A stretch of DNA of 64,000 nucleotides from an uncultured bacterium (GTDB lineage Bacteria > Margulisbacteria > WOR-1 > JAKLHX01): positions 47,982-111,981 of the forward strand of contig CAZHHM010000002.1 of the NCBI GenBank assembly GCA_964532225.1, read 5' to 3'. Below, one piece after another: positions 36,833-47,070 of this stretch; within the stretch, counting starts at the first letter, position 1; the number at the start of each line of letters is the position of its first letter. The notes under the pieces were generated by a model. That model was not told the DNA's origin. It did not search any database and saw only the letters and a program-made list of their open reading frames with translations. The position numbers were made by a program, and so were the translations under genes.

Positions 36833-38197
36833 ATGACGCTCAAGATAAGCATCTCCGGCGTAAGAGGCATTTTTCAGGAGACACTGACGGATACCGTCGT
36901 TTCCGATTTCGCGAAGGCTTTCACCAGATATCTGGGCAAAGGACCCGTGATCATTGGCATGGACGGCAGGATCTCGGGCCATCACATCAAAGGCGTGGTC
37001 ATAAATGAGCTCTGCAAACACTCCGTTGATGTGATCGATATCGGGATCGCTCCCACTCCTACCGTTCAGCTTACCGTAAGGAAGAAAAAGGCAGCAGGCG
37101 GCATTGTCGTGACCGCCAGCCACAACCCTTCGCACTGGAACGGTCTCAAGTTCATAAGGGAGGACGGGGTCTTCCTTAACGAACAGCAGGCAGGCGAGCT
37201 GATAGCCATGTACGAGGAGATCTCAGCACTCGGCAACGGAGCGGAGCCGCAGGACGACATACCCAACTGCATCTACTACAAGGCCGAAGAAGAATCGATC
37301 GTGCAGCATGTCGAGGACGTGCTTGCCGTGATCGACAGGAACGCGATCAGGAAAAAACGCCTCAAGGTAGCGATCGACTGCTGCAACGGGGCAGGGTCCG
37401 CAATAACCAACCTGCTGCTAAAGAGCCTCGGATGCGAGGTGATAGCCATCAACTGCGACACGAACGGTCCTCCTTCAAGAGGACTTGAACCTATACCTGC
37501 GAACATCGGCTCTCTCTGCAGGGTGGTAAAGGAGTTCGGAGCGGACATTGGCTTTGCGCAGGACCCCGACGCCGACAGATTGTCGATAGTCTCCGACAAA
37601 GGGACAGCTATCGGCGAGGAATTCACTCTTGCACTTTGCGCTTCGTACATACTTTCGAAGAACAAAGGCAAGAAGAACACTGTCGTGACGAACCTGTCAA
37701 CAAGCAGGATGATAGACGATGTCGCCGAGAAGTTCTCTGCCGAGGTCATCAGGACCAAGGTCGGAGAGGTGAATGTCTCGGAAAAAATGCTTTCCTCGGG
37801 TGCGGTCATAGGAGGGGAAGGCAACGGCGGGGTCATCTACCCTCGCATTGGTTTCGGCCGCGACAGCATAACAGGGGTAGGTCTCATGCTCGATCTTCTG
37901 ACCTCTTCTGGAAAAAAAGTGTCGGCACTGGCATCCGAACTTCCGTCATATCACATGATCAAGGACAAGATAGAGCTGAACGACCTTGGGAGGACGGAAT
38001 CGCTCCTGGAAAAGGTCAAGGCCAAGTTCTCCAACGCTAAAAAGGTCAACAGCCAGGACGGACTAAGGCTGGACCTTGAGGACGGATGGCTGCATGTAAG
38101 GCCTTCGAACACAGAACCGATAGTAAGGATAATCGCCGAAGGAAAAGAGCTGGACCGCTACCTGAGAATGGTCGAAGAGATCAAATATCTTGCCTGA
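36833..38197 (+). CDS. Phosphoglucosamine mutase/phosphomannomutase family (GlmM-like)
   Basis: SGVRG phosphoserine-loop region, TASHNP motif (VVTASHNPSHWNGLKF), and C-terminal domain 4. Start set to the ATG at 36833; the longer ORF overlaps the convergent gene. Confidence 0.8.
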   Translation: MTLKISISGVRGIFQETLTDTVVSDFAKAFTRYLGKGPVIIGMDGRISGHHIKGVVINELCKHSVDVIDIGIAPTPTVQLTVRKKKAAGGIVVTASHNPSHWNGLKFIREDGVFLNEQQAGELIAMYEEISALGNGAEPQDDIPNCIYYKAEEESIVQHVEDVLAVIDRNAIRKKRLKVAIDCCNGAGSAITNLLLKSLGCEVIAINCDTNGPPSRGLEPIPANIGSLCRVVKEFGADIGFAQDPDADRLSIVSDKGTAIGEEFTLALCASYILSKNKGKKNTVVTNLSTSRMIDDVAEKFSAEVIRTKVGEVNVSEKMLSSGAVIGGEGNGGVIYPRIGFGRDSITGVGLMLDLLTSSGKKVSALASELPSYHMIKDKIELNDLGRTESLLEKVKAKFSNAKKVNSQDGLRLDLEDGWLHVRPSNTEPIVRIIAEGKELDRYLRMVEEIKYLA

Positions 38198-39494
38198 CCC
38201 CTATCCCCAGCTTGTGCATCATCTCTTCAAGCGAGGTCTTTGGCATATCAATAAGCCTTGAAACATCGTCCACGCTGCCTCCCGAGATCTCAAGGAGCAT
38301 ATTAAGAAGCTGCCTTTCAAAAGAGTCCACGGCCGTTGAAAGCGTCCAGTCCCCTCTGGCAAGTATCGCCTTCAGGGCGGAGCTTATGAACATCTCCCTG
38401 CCTACGGGAAAATCCTTCATCGAAGCGTACTGAGCCCTTGCGTTAAGGACCGCAGCGTCGATGAGCCTTGCCATCTCGATATAGTCTCCGGGCCAGTCAT
38501 GCATCATGAAGAACGCGATCACATCGGAAGATATCCCTTTGATGTCCTTGCCGAACTTGTCGCATGAATAACGGAGCATGCTGTCGGCGATAGAAGGGAT
38601 GTCCTCTTTTCTGTCCTTGAGCTTGGGGATGAAAAGCTTAAGGAACTTGTCGGCAGTACCCTTGTCGGCGTACCTCTCGAGAAGGGCATCATTGTTCACG
38701 GCCAGGACGACCCTTACCGTCTTATCAATGCCTTGCGCGCTCCTTTTGGCCAGGAAGTCAAGGATGCTGTGCTCAAAGTGAGCGGGCAGAGCGTCAAAGT
38801 CGTCGAGAAAAAGCGTCCCGCACTGCTCGTCCTTTTTTGTTTGATGCGGCTGTTCCGAAAGCAGCTCCTTGAGCGCGGTCCAGAACATGGATTCGCTGGA
38901 TTCCTTTTCGAAAATGGAAAGTTTCAGCTCAACGAACTTCTTGTCCCTGTTATGTCCGTTCATGTGGACCATCTCGGCCAGGTACCGTTTTGGCATGCCG
39001 TAGCTTCCCACTATTATCAGGTCATTGTCGGAGCGGGAGACCTCTTCGATGTTCCTGGTAAGGTCCTGGAGCCTCGGGCTCAGGCCTTCGAGCCACTCCC
39101 CTCCCTCTGCGGGCCTTAATAATCCTCCGGGATAGAATTCCTCTCGGAGCACTTTTTGAAGAGATGAAAGCAGCTTGGCCGGGTCCAGAGGTTTAGGCAG
39201 GAAATCGTTCACACCGAGCTTGGTCGCCTCGACCGCTTCTGAGACCTCGCCTTTTTTCGAAAGCATGACCGCTTTGACCCTGGGAGCGCTGTTCTTGATC
39301 GTTTTGTAAGCCTCTATGCCGCCGTTCTCCGTGCCTTCCGAATCGATCACAAGCACGTCAAATGACTTTCTTGACATCTTATCTGCAACCGACAGGATGT
39401 CCCTGTCGGTATCAAGCGACATGACGCCTGACAGCCCGGAGGATATGGCAGCGCTCAGTGCCTGGTCGCTGCTGAGAAGAAGAGCTTTTTTCAT
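38181..39494 (-). CDS. Response regulator, NtrC/sigma-54-activator-like architecture with degenerate AAA+ motifs and C-terminal Fis-type HTH
   Basis: REC domain (DVLVIDSEGTENGG…), central domain lacking a canonical GESGTGKE Walker A and GAFTGA, and a C-terminal HTH. Confidence 0.6.
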   Translation of the reverse strand: MKKALLLSSDQALSAAISSGLSGVMSLDTDRDILSVADKMSRKSFDVLVIDSEGTENGGIEAYKTIKNSAPRVKAVMLSKKGEVSEAVEATKLGVNDFLPKPLDPAKLLSSLQKVLREEFYPGGLLRPAEGGEWLEGLSPRLQDLTRNIEEVSRSDNDLIIVGSYGMPKRYLAEMVHMNGHNRDKKFVELKLSIFEKESSESMFWTALKELLSEQPHQTKKDEQCGTLFLDDFDALPAHFEHSILDFLAKRSAQGIDKTVRVVLAVNNDALLERYADKGTADKFLKLFIPKLKDRKEDIPSIADSMLRYSCDKFGKDIKGISSDVIAFFMMHDWPGDYIEMARLIDAAVLNARAQYASMKDFPVGREMFISSALKAILARGDWTLSTAVDSFERQLLNMLLEISGGSVDDVSRLIDMPKTSLEEMMHKLGIGVRQDI

Positions 39495-42055
39495 GATACC
39501 TTTCTTTGGCCGACTGGGATGCAGACGCGGAAAACACTCCCTTTTGAGAGCGAGCTTTCCGCTTCGATAAGCCCGCCGTGACCATCAATTATACCATGGG
39601 CTATAGTGAGCCCCAGACCGGTACCTCCGTACTTGGTGGTGAAGAACGGGTCAAAGAGCTTTGGCATATCCTCCTCGCCGATGCCCACCCCGGTGTCCTT
39701 TATCTCAACGCATACGCATTCTCGTTCTTCACCCTTTATCTTCTTGCCGATCTTCTTCGAACTTATATCGACCGACCCGCCGGTCTCGATGGACTGTACC
39801 GCGTTAAGTATGATATTGACGAACACCTGTGAAAGCTGCTGCCTGTCGCCGATGATATCGTGCACATCGACCAGCGAGGTCCGTATGTCCACTTTCTTTT
39901 CCTCGGCGCTCTGTTTGAAGAAGCCGGCAGCCTCCTCGATTATCTCGTTCAGCGAGACCAGCTCATAGTTGGGCCTGCTAGTCCTTGCATAGCTGAGCAG
40001 CCCCTCGACTATCCTGTCGATCCTGTTGATCTCGCGCGGCATTATCTCCGAGTATTTCTTGCGGTATTCGGCATTGTCGAACTTCATCGGCATCATCTGC
40101 GTGAACACTTTGAGAGAGGAAAGCGGGTTCTTGATCTCATGAGCCATGCCCGCAGCCATGGTACCCAGGGCAGCCAGCTTGTCTGACCTGCGGAGATGCT
40201 CTTCGAGCTTCTTTATCTCGGACAGGTCTGTAACGACAAGGAGCAAGCCCACCCTGTTGCCGTTGATGTCCTTGAGCATCCTGGTGTTCAGGCTTACCGG
40301 CACGTCACCCTGTATGCTCTTTACGATTATTTCCCTGTCACGGGTCTCCTTTCCTAAGAGACCCGAGTCCACTGCAGCGCAAAGCTCTTTGTCCCTGACG
40401 AAGAGATCAAGACATGACCTGCCGACTGCCTTGCCCCTCATTGTCTCGAACAGGGCTTCTGCCACAGAGTTCATAGAGGTCATCATTCCGGAAAGGTCCA
40501 TTGTAACGATAGCAGAGGGCAGGCTTTCGAATATCAGGTCATTGTAGGTCTTCATGTTCAGGATCTCTTCGTATAATTTTGCGTTGTCGTATGCCACAGC
40601 GATATAGGTGGACAGCATTTGCAGCAGCGATATCTCTTCGGGAGAATACGACTCCAGTGTGTTCTTTTTGCCAAGGGCGATCATGCCGACGAGTTCATCC
40701 CGCAGAAAAACCGGGACAAAAAGGTCCATCTGCAGGTCTGCCATCGTTTTATCCACGGCCGCTCTGAGCTCGGTCTCGTTCCTTTCATTGTCCAGAAGCG
40801 CGGACAGCTCCTCCCTTACGATAACGGTCCTCTTTGAATTCAAGGCGGCGACCAGGGGCGCGTCAGCCGAAAGCTCCATCTCAGAATACTTATGCGACTT
40901 ATATCCGATCCTTTCTTTGGAAAAGCTCTTATATTTCCTTTTGAACCTGTCATAGAGGAGGACGGACACCTCCGAGGTATCCAGGATCTCTCCGATAGAG
41001 CTGACCACAAGTGATGTGATCTCGTCAAGCTTGATAGTAAAAGCGATCTTTCTGCTGATCTCCTGCACTCTCTCCTGGAACCTGTACACCTTGCTGAAAA
41101 GCCTGAAAGCGTATTTCTGGAGCATTTCAAAGAAAGGGCCGAAAGCCGCCGATACGACGAACGCCGCCAGCACGATCACAGGGTAGTTCTCCGCCTGTAT
41201 GAGGAAAGCCGTGCCGCCTCCGGAGATGATTATTATCAGAGAATAAGTTACGGCTATCGCAAGAGCGGTGATCGTATAAACCATCCCGCTCCTGAACACT
41301 TGATAAACATCATAAAGCTTTTTGTTCAGGATGGTGTATGCAATGAACGTGATCATTGCATAAGAGAACAACGGACCGACCGAATTATACCTGCTTATCC
41401 CCATCATGGGCATCAGCAGGTTGGTGGCCAAACCCAGGAGAAGGGTCAGGGCCAGGCCCAGTAAAAGGACCTTTAGAACGCTGCGTTCTCTGCCTCGCGA
41501 GGACAGGTAGGAAAGGTATATGCGCACATATCCGCCGACCAGACAAAGCACAATGAACGCTGCCATGAAGGGATACATGCTACCGTAAACTCCCCGGAAA
41601 CCTCCAGGGTAAAAGACTATGTCCTTGATCAAAAGTCCTGCAGGTATCATCAACACAAATGCCGCAGAAACGGCATACAAAGACATTTCCTTCCAGGTGC
41701 TCCATCCCTCGACCTTTTTCGGGAAAACAAAAGAGAACGAAAGGAAGGTGGATGGGATGAAGACCGTTCCCAGATATATTGCCCAGAAAACCAGCATCGG
41801 CGCTTTTTCTGTGTTGAATGCGATAAAAGCGGAGATCGACCAGACCGATATCGAGGACACCATAAGGAGGAACGACCTGTTGACGGCATTCTTGATGTCC
41901 TTGAACGCAATGAACACCGCCAGCGAAAGGTTGCCAAGGACCACCCAGAGAGGAAGTATGTAATTCGGCCTGTTCGAGCTGAACAGAAGAAGCGATAACA
42001 GAAGGGCCAGCACTGCGGTTATCGACGCGACCCTTTCGATGGTAAGGTTGTTCAT
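39491..42055 (-). CDS. Multi-domain sensor histidine kinase (7TM N-terminal region, GAF/PAS, HisKA, HATPase_c)
   Basis: Multiple N-terminal TM helices, H-box AHEIKNPLSSL, G-boxes DTGVGIGEED…GTGLGLTIAHG. Overlaps the response regulator (operon). Confidence 0.8.
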   Translation of the reverse strand: MNNLTIERVASITAVLALLLSLLLFSSNRPNYILPLWVVLGNLSLAVFIAFKDIKNAVNRSFLLMVSSISVWSISAFIAFNTEKAPMLVFWAIYLGTVFIPSTFLSFSFVFPKKVEGWSTWKEMSLYAVSAAFVLMIPAGLLIKDIVFYPGGFRGVYGSMYPFMAAFIVLCLVGGYVRIYLSYLSSRGRERSVLKVLLLGLALTLLLGLATNLLMPMMGISRYNSVGPLFSYAMITFIAYTILNKKLYDVYQVFRSGMVYTITALAIAVTYSLIIIISGGGTAFLIQAENYPVIVLAAFVVSAAFGPFFEMLQKYAFRLFSKVYRFQERVQEISRKIAFTIKLDEITSLVVSSIGEILDTSEVSVLLYDRFKRKYKSFSKERIGYKSHKYSEMELSADAPLVAALNSKRTVIVREELSALLDNERNETELRAAVDKTMADLQMDLFVPVFLRDELVGMIALGKKNTLESYSPEEISLLQMLSTYIAVAYDNAKLYEEILNMKTYNDLIFESLPSAIVTMDLSGMMTSMNSVAEALFETMRGKAVGRSCLDLFVRDKELCAAVDSGLLGKETRDREIIVKSIQGDVPVSLNTRMLKDINGNRVGLLLVVTDLSEIKKLEEHLRRSDKLAALGTMAAGMAHEIKNPLSSLKVFTQMMPMKFDNAEYRKKYSEIMPREINRIDRIVEGLLSYARTSRPNYELVSLNEIIEEAAGFFKQSAEEKKVDIRTSLVDVHDIIGDRQQLSQVFVNIILNAVQSIETGGSVDISSKKIGKKIKGEERECVCVEIKDTGVGIGEEDMPKLFDPFFTTKYGGTGLGLTIAHGIIDGHGGLIEAESSLSKGSVFRVCIPVGQRKVS

Positions 42056-42789
42056 TGAAGCTGCCTGAGGATGTTCTCGGCTTCGGCAAGCTGCTCAGGA
42101 GTGTTTATACCAATTGCCGCCCTGCGGTCTTCAGTGCAATGAACGGAAACTTTCCTGCCAAGCGACCTGAAAATGGAGATGACATCCGTCAGGTAGTACT
42201 CTCCTTGCGAATTATCCCTTTTTATGGACCTCAGAGCAGGGAACAGCTCTTTCGAATCAAAGCAGTATGTCCCCGTGTTGACCTCGGATATGTTCAGTTC
42301 CTCCTTTGAAGCGTCCTTATGCTCGACTATCCGGTCAATATCCCCGGATTTATCGCGAACTATCCTGCCATACCCTGACGGGTCGGGGATCACAGCAGAA
42401 AGGACGGTCGCCACAGCGGACCGTTGCTGGTGGGCGGATAAAAGTTCTTTAAGGACAGCGCCCCTCATTAGAGGCATATCGCCGTTGAGCACCATGATCG
42501 TTGAGTCGCTGTCTGCGATATAAGGCTCTACCATGCTTACCGCATGTCCGGTCCCCAGCTGCTCTTTCTGAAGGACAAAATTCGCTTTGCAGCCGGAGAT
42601 CTCCTGCTTTACAAGGTCAGCCATATGTCCGACCACTATGTACGGGACCTCGTTAGTAATATCTTTGAGCGAGTCCAATACGTATGAAAGCAAAGGCTTT
42701 CCGCAGGCTTTGTGAAGCACTTTCGGGAGTTCAGACCTCATTCTCGTGCCTTTTCCGGCGGCCAGTATCACAGGTATTAGTTTTTTCAT
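42052..42789 (-). CDS. Sugar-phosphate nucleotidyltransferase (GlmU N-terminal-domain-like, no LbH acetyltransferase domain)
   Basis: IPVILAAGKGTRMRSELPKVLH motif. Only 245 aa. Confidence 0.65.
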   Translation of the reverse strand: MKKLIPVILAAGKGTRMRSELPKVLHKACGKPLLSYVLDSLKDITNEVPYIVVGHMADLVKQEISGCKANFVLQKEQLGTGHAVSMVEPYIADSDSTIMVLNGDMPLMRGAVLKELLSAHQQRSAVATVLSAVIPDPSGYGRIVRDKSGDIDRIVEHKDASKEELNISEVNTGTYCFDSKELFPALRSIKRDNSQGEYYLTDVISIFRSLGRKVSVHCTEDRRAAIGINTPEQLAEAENILRQLQ

Positions 42790-42856
42790 CGATATTATTA
42801 TGAATTAGGAGCAGCGGAGAGTCAACTTTGGACAACGGTCCTGTCCATGGGTCCGG

Positions 42857-43858
42857 TCAGTTGCCCTCGATCTTTTCAAGGACCTCCGACCCGGCTCCGG
42901 CACCATAGGTCCGTGCGAACCTGGCGAATTCAATGAATGAAGCCTTGTCGGACAGCTGCCCAAAGAATATGTAGTGTTGGTCAGGATTCATCATGGACAG
43001 GACGCCCCTCACCTCTTCTCTTACGCCGGACATGCTGAACACCTTGAGCGTAGGCATGGAGTAAGGGCTGTAGCCTGAAGCAAGCCATGACAGGTCATCA
43101 GCGAATTCAAGATCGCCCCATTTGTAAGGCAGGATCGACCTCACATCCCTGTTCATGATCGCGTCCATTTCTCCTCCCAGCTCTTTATCCCTCAGAGGTG
43201 TCATAGAACTTAGAAGTTCAAGCTGAAGCGGACTTCTGGTCGCTGCCAAGATATTTATCGGGGCCATATCCCCGTGCTCCGACCAGGCCATTTTTATGTG
43301 ATGAAGTACATCCTCGGCATAAAGATACCCCATTATCCTGTGATCCAGTTTTTTCCCGTTCCAGTTAGGCCCCGGGAAAAAGAACGGATCGCTCATGTTC
43401 AAGGCGGACCCGTTGATAAGGCCGGTCGAAAAGAAACCGGAACTCCTCACCATCCTCAATGTTTCGCCTTCCCACACGACTTGTACCATAGGCTTATTGA
43501 ACAGGCATCTATCAAATGATCCGCCGGAAAGCATAGTTGAAAGCATCACTGCTTTCTCCTGTCCCGCAATGCCCGGGAACAGCCCCAACACATGCTCAGA
43601 TACCGTCTCTTTTATCACTTCCTTCACGACATCCGGCCGTGATGTCTGGTTGATCTTGTCCGACATATATTGTATTGTCTCTACCCTGTATTCTGAATGG
43701 CCTGCCCTTATTTCGGAGATCGAGGACAGAGGTGCCGGTAAGAACCGGCCGCTGGAAAAGTCTTGAGATCCTGTACGGACCGTACGTTCGATCACCTTGA
43801 ACGAAGAAGGTCTTGCAAGCCCTATTATCTGATTGATCCTGCTGCGTATTGATCCCAT
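42857..43858 (-). CDS. Hypothetical protein
   Basis: 333-aa ORF in an operon-like array with 43903-45060. No recognised motif. Confidence 0.4.
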   Translation of the reverse strand: MGSIRSRINQIIGLARPSSFKVIERTVRTGSQDFSSGRFLPAPLSSISEIRAGHSEYRVETIQYMSDKINQTSRPDVVKEVIKETVSEHVLGLFPGIAGQEKAVMLSTMLSGGSFDRCLFNKPMVQVVWEGETLRMVRSSGFFSTGLINGSALNMSDPFFFPGPNWNGKKLDHRIMGYLYAEDVLHHIKMAWSEHGDMAPINILAATRSPLQLELLSSMTPLRDKELGGEMDAIMNRDVRSILPYKWGDLEFADDLSWLASGYSPYSMPTLKVFSMSGVREEVRGVLSMMNPDQHYIFFGQLSDKASFIEFARFARTYGAGAGSEVLEKIEGN

Positions 43859-43902
43859 GATATTTATATTTCCTTATCGTTCATGTGATTTCCCGATTTC
43901 AC

Positions 43903-45060
43903 TTATCTTCCCAGAAATCCCGTCATCTTGGAGAAATACATCTCCGCGCTTTTCGGGTTCATGAACCCTCCAATAAACACCACATCTTTTGGCCCGATCT
44001 GTTTAAAGACATTGAAGTGCGGATATCTTTCGAGTACAGATGCATTACTGAGGAACTTCAGTGTCTCAGGAGTGTCACAATACATGGGCAGCAGGTCCTT
44101 GACGACCCAGTCATCTCTTATGGTGACGCCTAAAGAAAGCTGCAAAGTGTTACGGAACCACTGAGCTTCCTGCGGTTCCGGCTCCACTACCAAAGACCTG
44201 GCAGCACCAAAAACGATCGGGTTCCTTGTTTTTGTGCCGACATACATCATTGGTATATGATCAAGCCCCTGACTGTTAAGCAGCATTCCTTTTACCGTAA
44301 GAAAGAAATTCATGGTTATCATCAGAGCTTCCCTTTGCGGTGTTTTTACGGCCCGCCCGTCCATAGTGATCGTCTCCGGCGTCATTGTAGTGTTCCACAG
44401 ATAAATACCTACATAGGAATCCGGATCGGGGCTACCCATGCGCATATAACGGCCTGAAGAGAAGCCGGTCATTTCGCCGGTCTTTTCATGTCTTGCTATG
44501 ATCATAGAGGTTGCGCCAAAAATGCTGTTATCGACATACTTACGAGAAAGGAAAGACCGGATCTCTTTGCTTCTGGCTTCCGTATCAATTCCCAGATCCT
44601 GAGGGAAGCCTTCTGTGTATACCCTGCTCATAAGACCTATCATTTCCGAGGCAAGTGACCTCTTCATGGCACCGGACAGGTTCTGTGACGGATTATCGAT
44701 ATACTCGGTCGTGTGCGCTCCAAGGTTGAATACCTGAGATAGCTTTGTGACCTCATTCTCATTTATCTCAAGCCCTGTCCTTGCTATCATTTCAATGAAC
44801 TTAGGTCTGCTTATGGCCTCAAGACCTTTGAGATAAGGAACTGACGGTAATGATGAGGGAATAGCACCGCTCAATAAAGTCCCTGAAAGCTGTCTCGAAC
44901 TGCCCAAGCTCGGGCATAAAGAACGGGCCCTCGACGCAAGATCTGCCGTCTTGCTCCAGTTCCTTTCAAACCCTCTTGTTATCCAATTCTTGACCGAGTT
45001 CATTTCCCTGTCCAAACCCCTCTCTATGTATATATCGATAATATATGGCGCCCATTTCAC
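43903..45060 (-). CDS. Hypothetical protein
   Basis: 385-aa ORF with no recognised motif. Confidence 0.4.
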   Translation of the reverse strand: MKWAPYIIDIYIERGLDREMNSVKNWITRGFERNWSKTADLASRARSLCPSLGSSRQLSGTLLSGAIPSSLPSVPYLKGLEAISRPKFIEMIARTGLEINENEVTKLSQVFNLGAHTTEYIDNPSQNLSGAMKRSLASEMIGLMSRVYTEGFPQDLGIDTEARSKEIRSFLSRKYVDNSIFGATSMIIARHEKTGEMTGFSSGRYMRMGSPDPDSYVGIYLWNTTMTPETITMDGRAVKTPQREALMITMNFFLTVKGMLLNSQGLDHIPMMYVGTKTRNPIVFGAARSLVVEPEPQEAQWFRNTLQLSLGVTIRDDWVVKDLLPMYCDTPETLKFLSNASVLERYPHFNVFKQIGPKDVVFIGGFMNPKSAEMYFSKMTGFLGR

Positions 45061-45650
45061 GCAAAGGCCGGTTGTGCCATACTATTTCTGTGAACGACAA
45101 AAAGGCGATAACCGCATATATAAGATCGGTCCTGCCCGGGGAAAGATATGCCCATACCCTGAGAGTAGCGGGATTCTCAAAAAAGCTCTCAGCACGCCTT
45201 GGCGCGGACAAAGACAAGGCCAGGACAGCCGCACTGCTTCATGACTGCGCAAAATGCATGTCCCCGGAAGAGCTCCTCTCATACGCCAGACGCCATAAAA
45301 TAAAGTGCCCAAAGTATATGCTTAAAAGGCCCGGGCTCCTTCACGGCGCTGTCGCAGCCTCGATAGCCCGCCTGCGTTTCGGGATAAACGACAGGGACAT
45401 ACTGCGCGCCATCAGCAACCACACCATGGGCAGGCCCCGCATGTCAGCGCTCGAAAAGACCCTGTTCCTGGCCGATCATCTCGAACCGGGGAGGAAAAGG
45501 AAGGGATACGACAGGCTCAGGCGCATCGCGATGAAGGACGCGGACAAGGCGATTGCACTTTTTTTGGACGAAGTGATACAATACTTGAAGAAGAAAGGCC
45601 TGCATGTCTCGAGACGGACAGTACTTACCAGGGACCACTATAAAAAATAA
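45045..45650 (+). CDS. yqeK: HD-domain protein YqeK (bis(5'-nucleosyl)-tetraphosphatase, symmetrical)
   Basis: HTLRVAGF…LLHDCAK HD motifs. Upstream of rsfS, as in Firmicutes-type nadD-yqeK-rsfS clusters. Confidence 0.7.
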   Translation: MAPISRKGRLCHTISVNDKKAITAYIRSVLPGERYAHTLRVAGFSKKLSARLGADKDKARTAALLHDCAKCMSPEELLSYARRHKIKCPKYMLKRPGLLHGAVAASIARLRFGINDRDILRAISNHTMGRPRMSALEKTLFLADHLEPGRKRKGYDRLRRIAMKDADKAIALFLDEVIQYLKKKGLHVSRRTVLTRDHYKK

Positions 45651-46658
45651 ATGGAAATAAATACATTCTCTTCGGGCGGCCAAAAGAACACATGGCGTGA
45701 CGAGGAGCCGGCCGAAGAAAAGAAGCCCCGCTCCTTCTGGAAAACATGGCTTGTAGGCCTTGTTGCGGTGATGATAATCATGTCGGCTTTCCTCGGTTTC
45801 TTCACGTCCTTCATACTCAGCCGTTTCAGCGTTTTTGAGGTGCTTTTCACCCTTAACCCTGCCCAGGCAAGCATGCAGGAAATGAACATACTCCTGCTCG
45901 GCGTCGACGCCACCGCAGGGACAAAACGCTCAGACACCATCATGGTGATAAGGGTCGACCCGAAAACAAAGACGATATCGCTTGTTTCTATCCCCAGGGA
46001 TACTATGGTCGTTATTCCCGGCGTCAGGTTCGACAAGATCAACCATGCCTACGCTTTCGGCGGTCCGGAGCTGGCGGTATCGACAACAGCGAACTTCCTT
46101 AACATACCGCTTAAGCACTATATCAAGGTGAACGTGGACAAATTCGAGCAGCTTATCGACAGGCTGGGCGGTATCTATGTCGATGTTGACCAGAGGATGT
46201 ACTATGTGGATTATGCCGGAGGCCTTTTCATTGACCTGAAGCCCGGCAGACAGAAACTCAGCGGCAAGCAGGCTATCGGATATCTGCGTTTCAGGCATGA
46301 TGCCAGGGGCGATTTCGGGCGCGTGCAAAGACAGCAGCAGTTCATACAGGAAGTCGCAAGGGAGCTGGCAAAGACCAAGAACGTGGTCCAGATATACCAG
46401 CTGCTGCTCGACCTCATGAACAGCGTCGAGACCAACCTTTCAAGCTCTCAGATATTCACTCTGGCCTCGCTGGTCAGGCAGGCGTACGAGATAGGCAACA
46501 TCCGCGCGACCTCGCTTCCGGGGACAAGCACCAGAATAGACGGCATATACTATCTCCAGCCGGATATGGGACAGATAAACAAGATAGTCAATTCTTACCT
46601 TAGGGAGAAACCGGAAATTGGCGGAAACCAAGAAGGACCGGCGCAAACACAAGAATAA
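45651..46658 (+). CDS. LytR-CpsA-Psr (LCP) family protein
   Basis: N-terminal TM segment, then NILLLGVDATAGTKRSDTIMVIRV…SIPRDT. Confidence 0.8.
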   Translation: MEINTFSSGGQKNTWRDEEPAEEKKPRSFWKTWLVGLVAVMIIMSAFLGFFTSFILSRFSVFEVLFTLNPAQASMQEMNILLLGVDATAGTKRSDTIMVIRVDPKTKTISLVSIPRDTMVVIPGVRFDKINHAYAFGGPELAVSTTANFLNIPLKHYIKVNVDKFEQLIDRLGGIYVDVDQRMYYVDYAGGLFIDLKPGRQKLSGKQAIGYLRFRHDARGDFGRVQRQQQFIQEVARELAKTKNVVQIYQLLLDLMNSVETNLSSSQIFTLASLVRQAYEIGNIRATSLPGTSTRIDGIYYLQPDMGQINKIVNSYLREKPEIGGNQEGPAQTQE

Positions 46659-46713
46659 CCCCAAAAGGTCTAACAACAAAAAGCTGCTCTCCTCCAGGTT
46701 CCTCGCGCAGCTG

Positions 46714-47028
46714 ATGGCTCAGGTCGCCGACAGCAAGAAGGCCGATGACATCGAGATCCTTGACGTGCGCAAAACCTCATCGATAAGCAATTACATAGTC
46801 GTCTGTACCGCCGGTGCAAGGCCGCAGATCAAGGCCATAGCCGACGCCATCGACGAGCTCATGTCAAAGAACGGGATCAGCATCCCCCGCTGGCAGGGCA
46901 ATGCCGACTCGAACTGGATGGTGCTGGACATGATAAACGTTGTGGTGCATATCTTCGGCAAGGACGAGAGAAAAGCCTACAACATCGAAGGACTATGGAG
47001 CCAGGGGGGCGTTGTCTACCACATCTGA
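46714..47028 (+). CDS. rsfS: Ribosomal silencing factor RsfS (Iojap)
   Basis: DDIEILDVRKTSSISNYIVVCTAGARPQIKAIADAI…WMVLDMINVVVHIF. Start chosen at the internal Met; the ORF extends to 46618. Confidence 0.8.
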   Translation: MAQVADSKKADDIEILDVRKTSSISNYIVVCTAGARPQIKAIADAIDELMSKNGISIPRWQGNADSNWMVLDMINVVVHIFGKDERKAYNIEGLWSQGGVVYHI

Positions 47029-47070
47029 AATCCTCGCAGCATTCCGCCGATAATCATCCGGAGGGTATAA

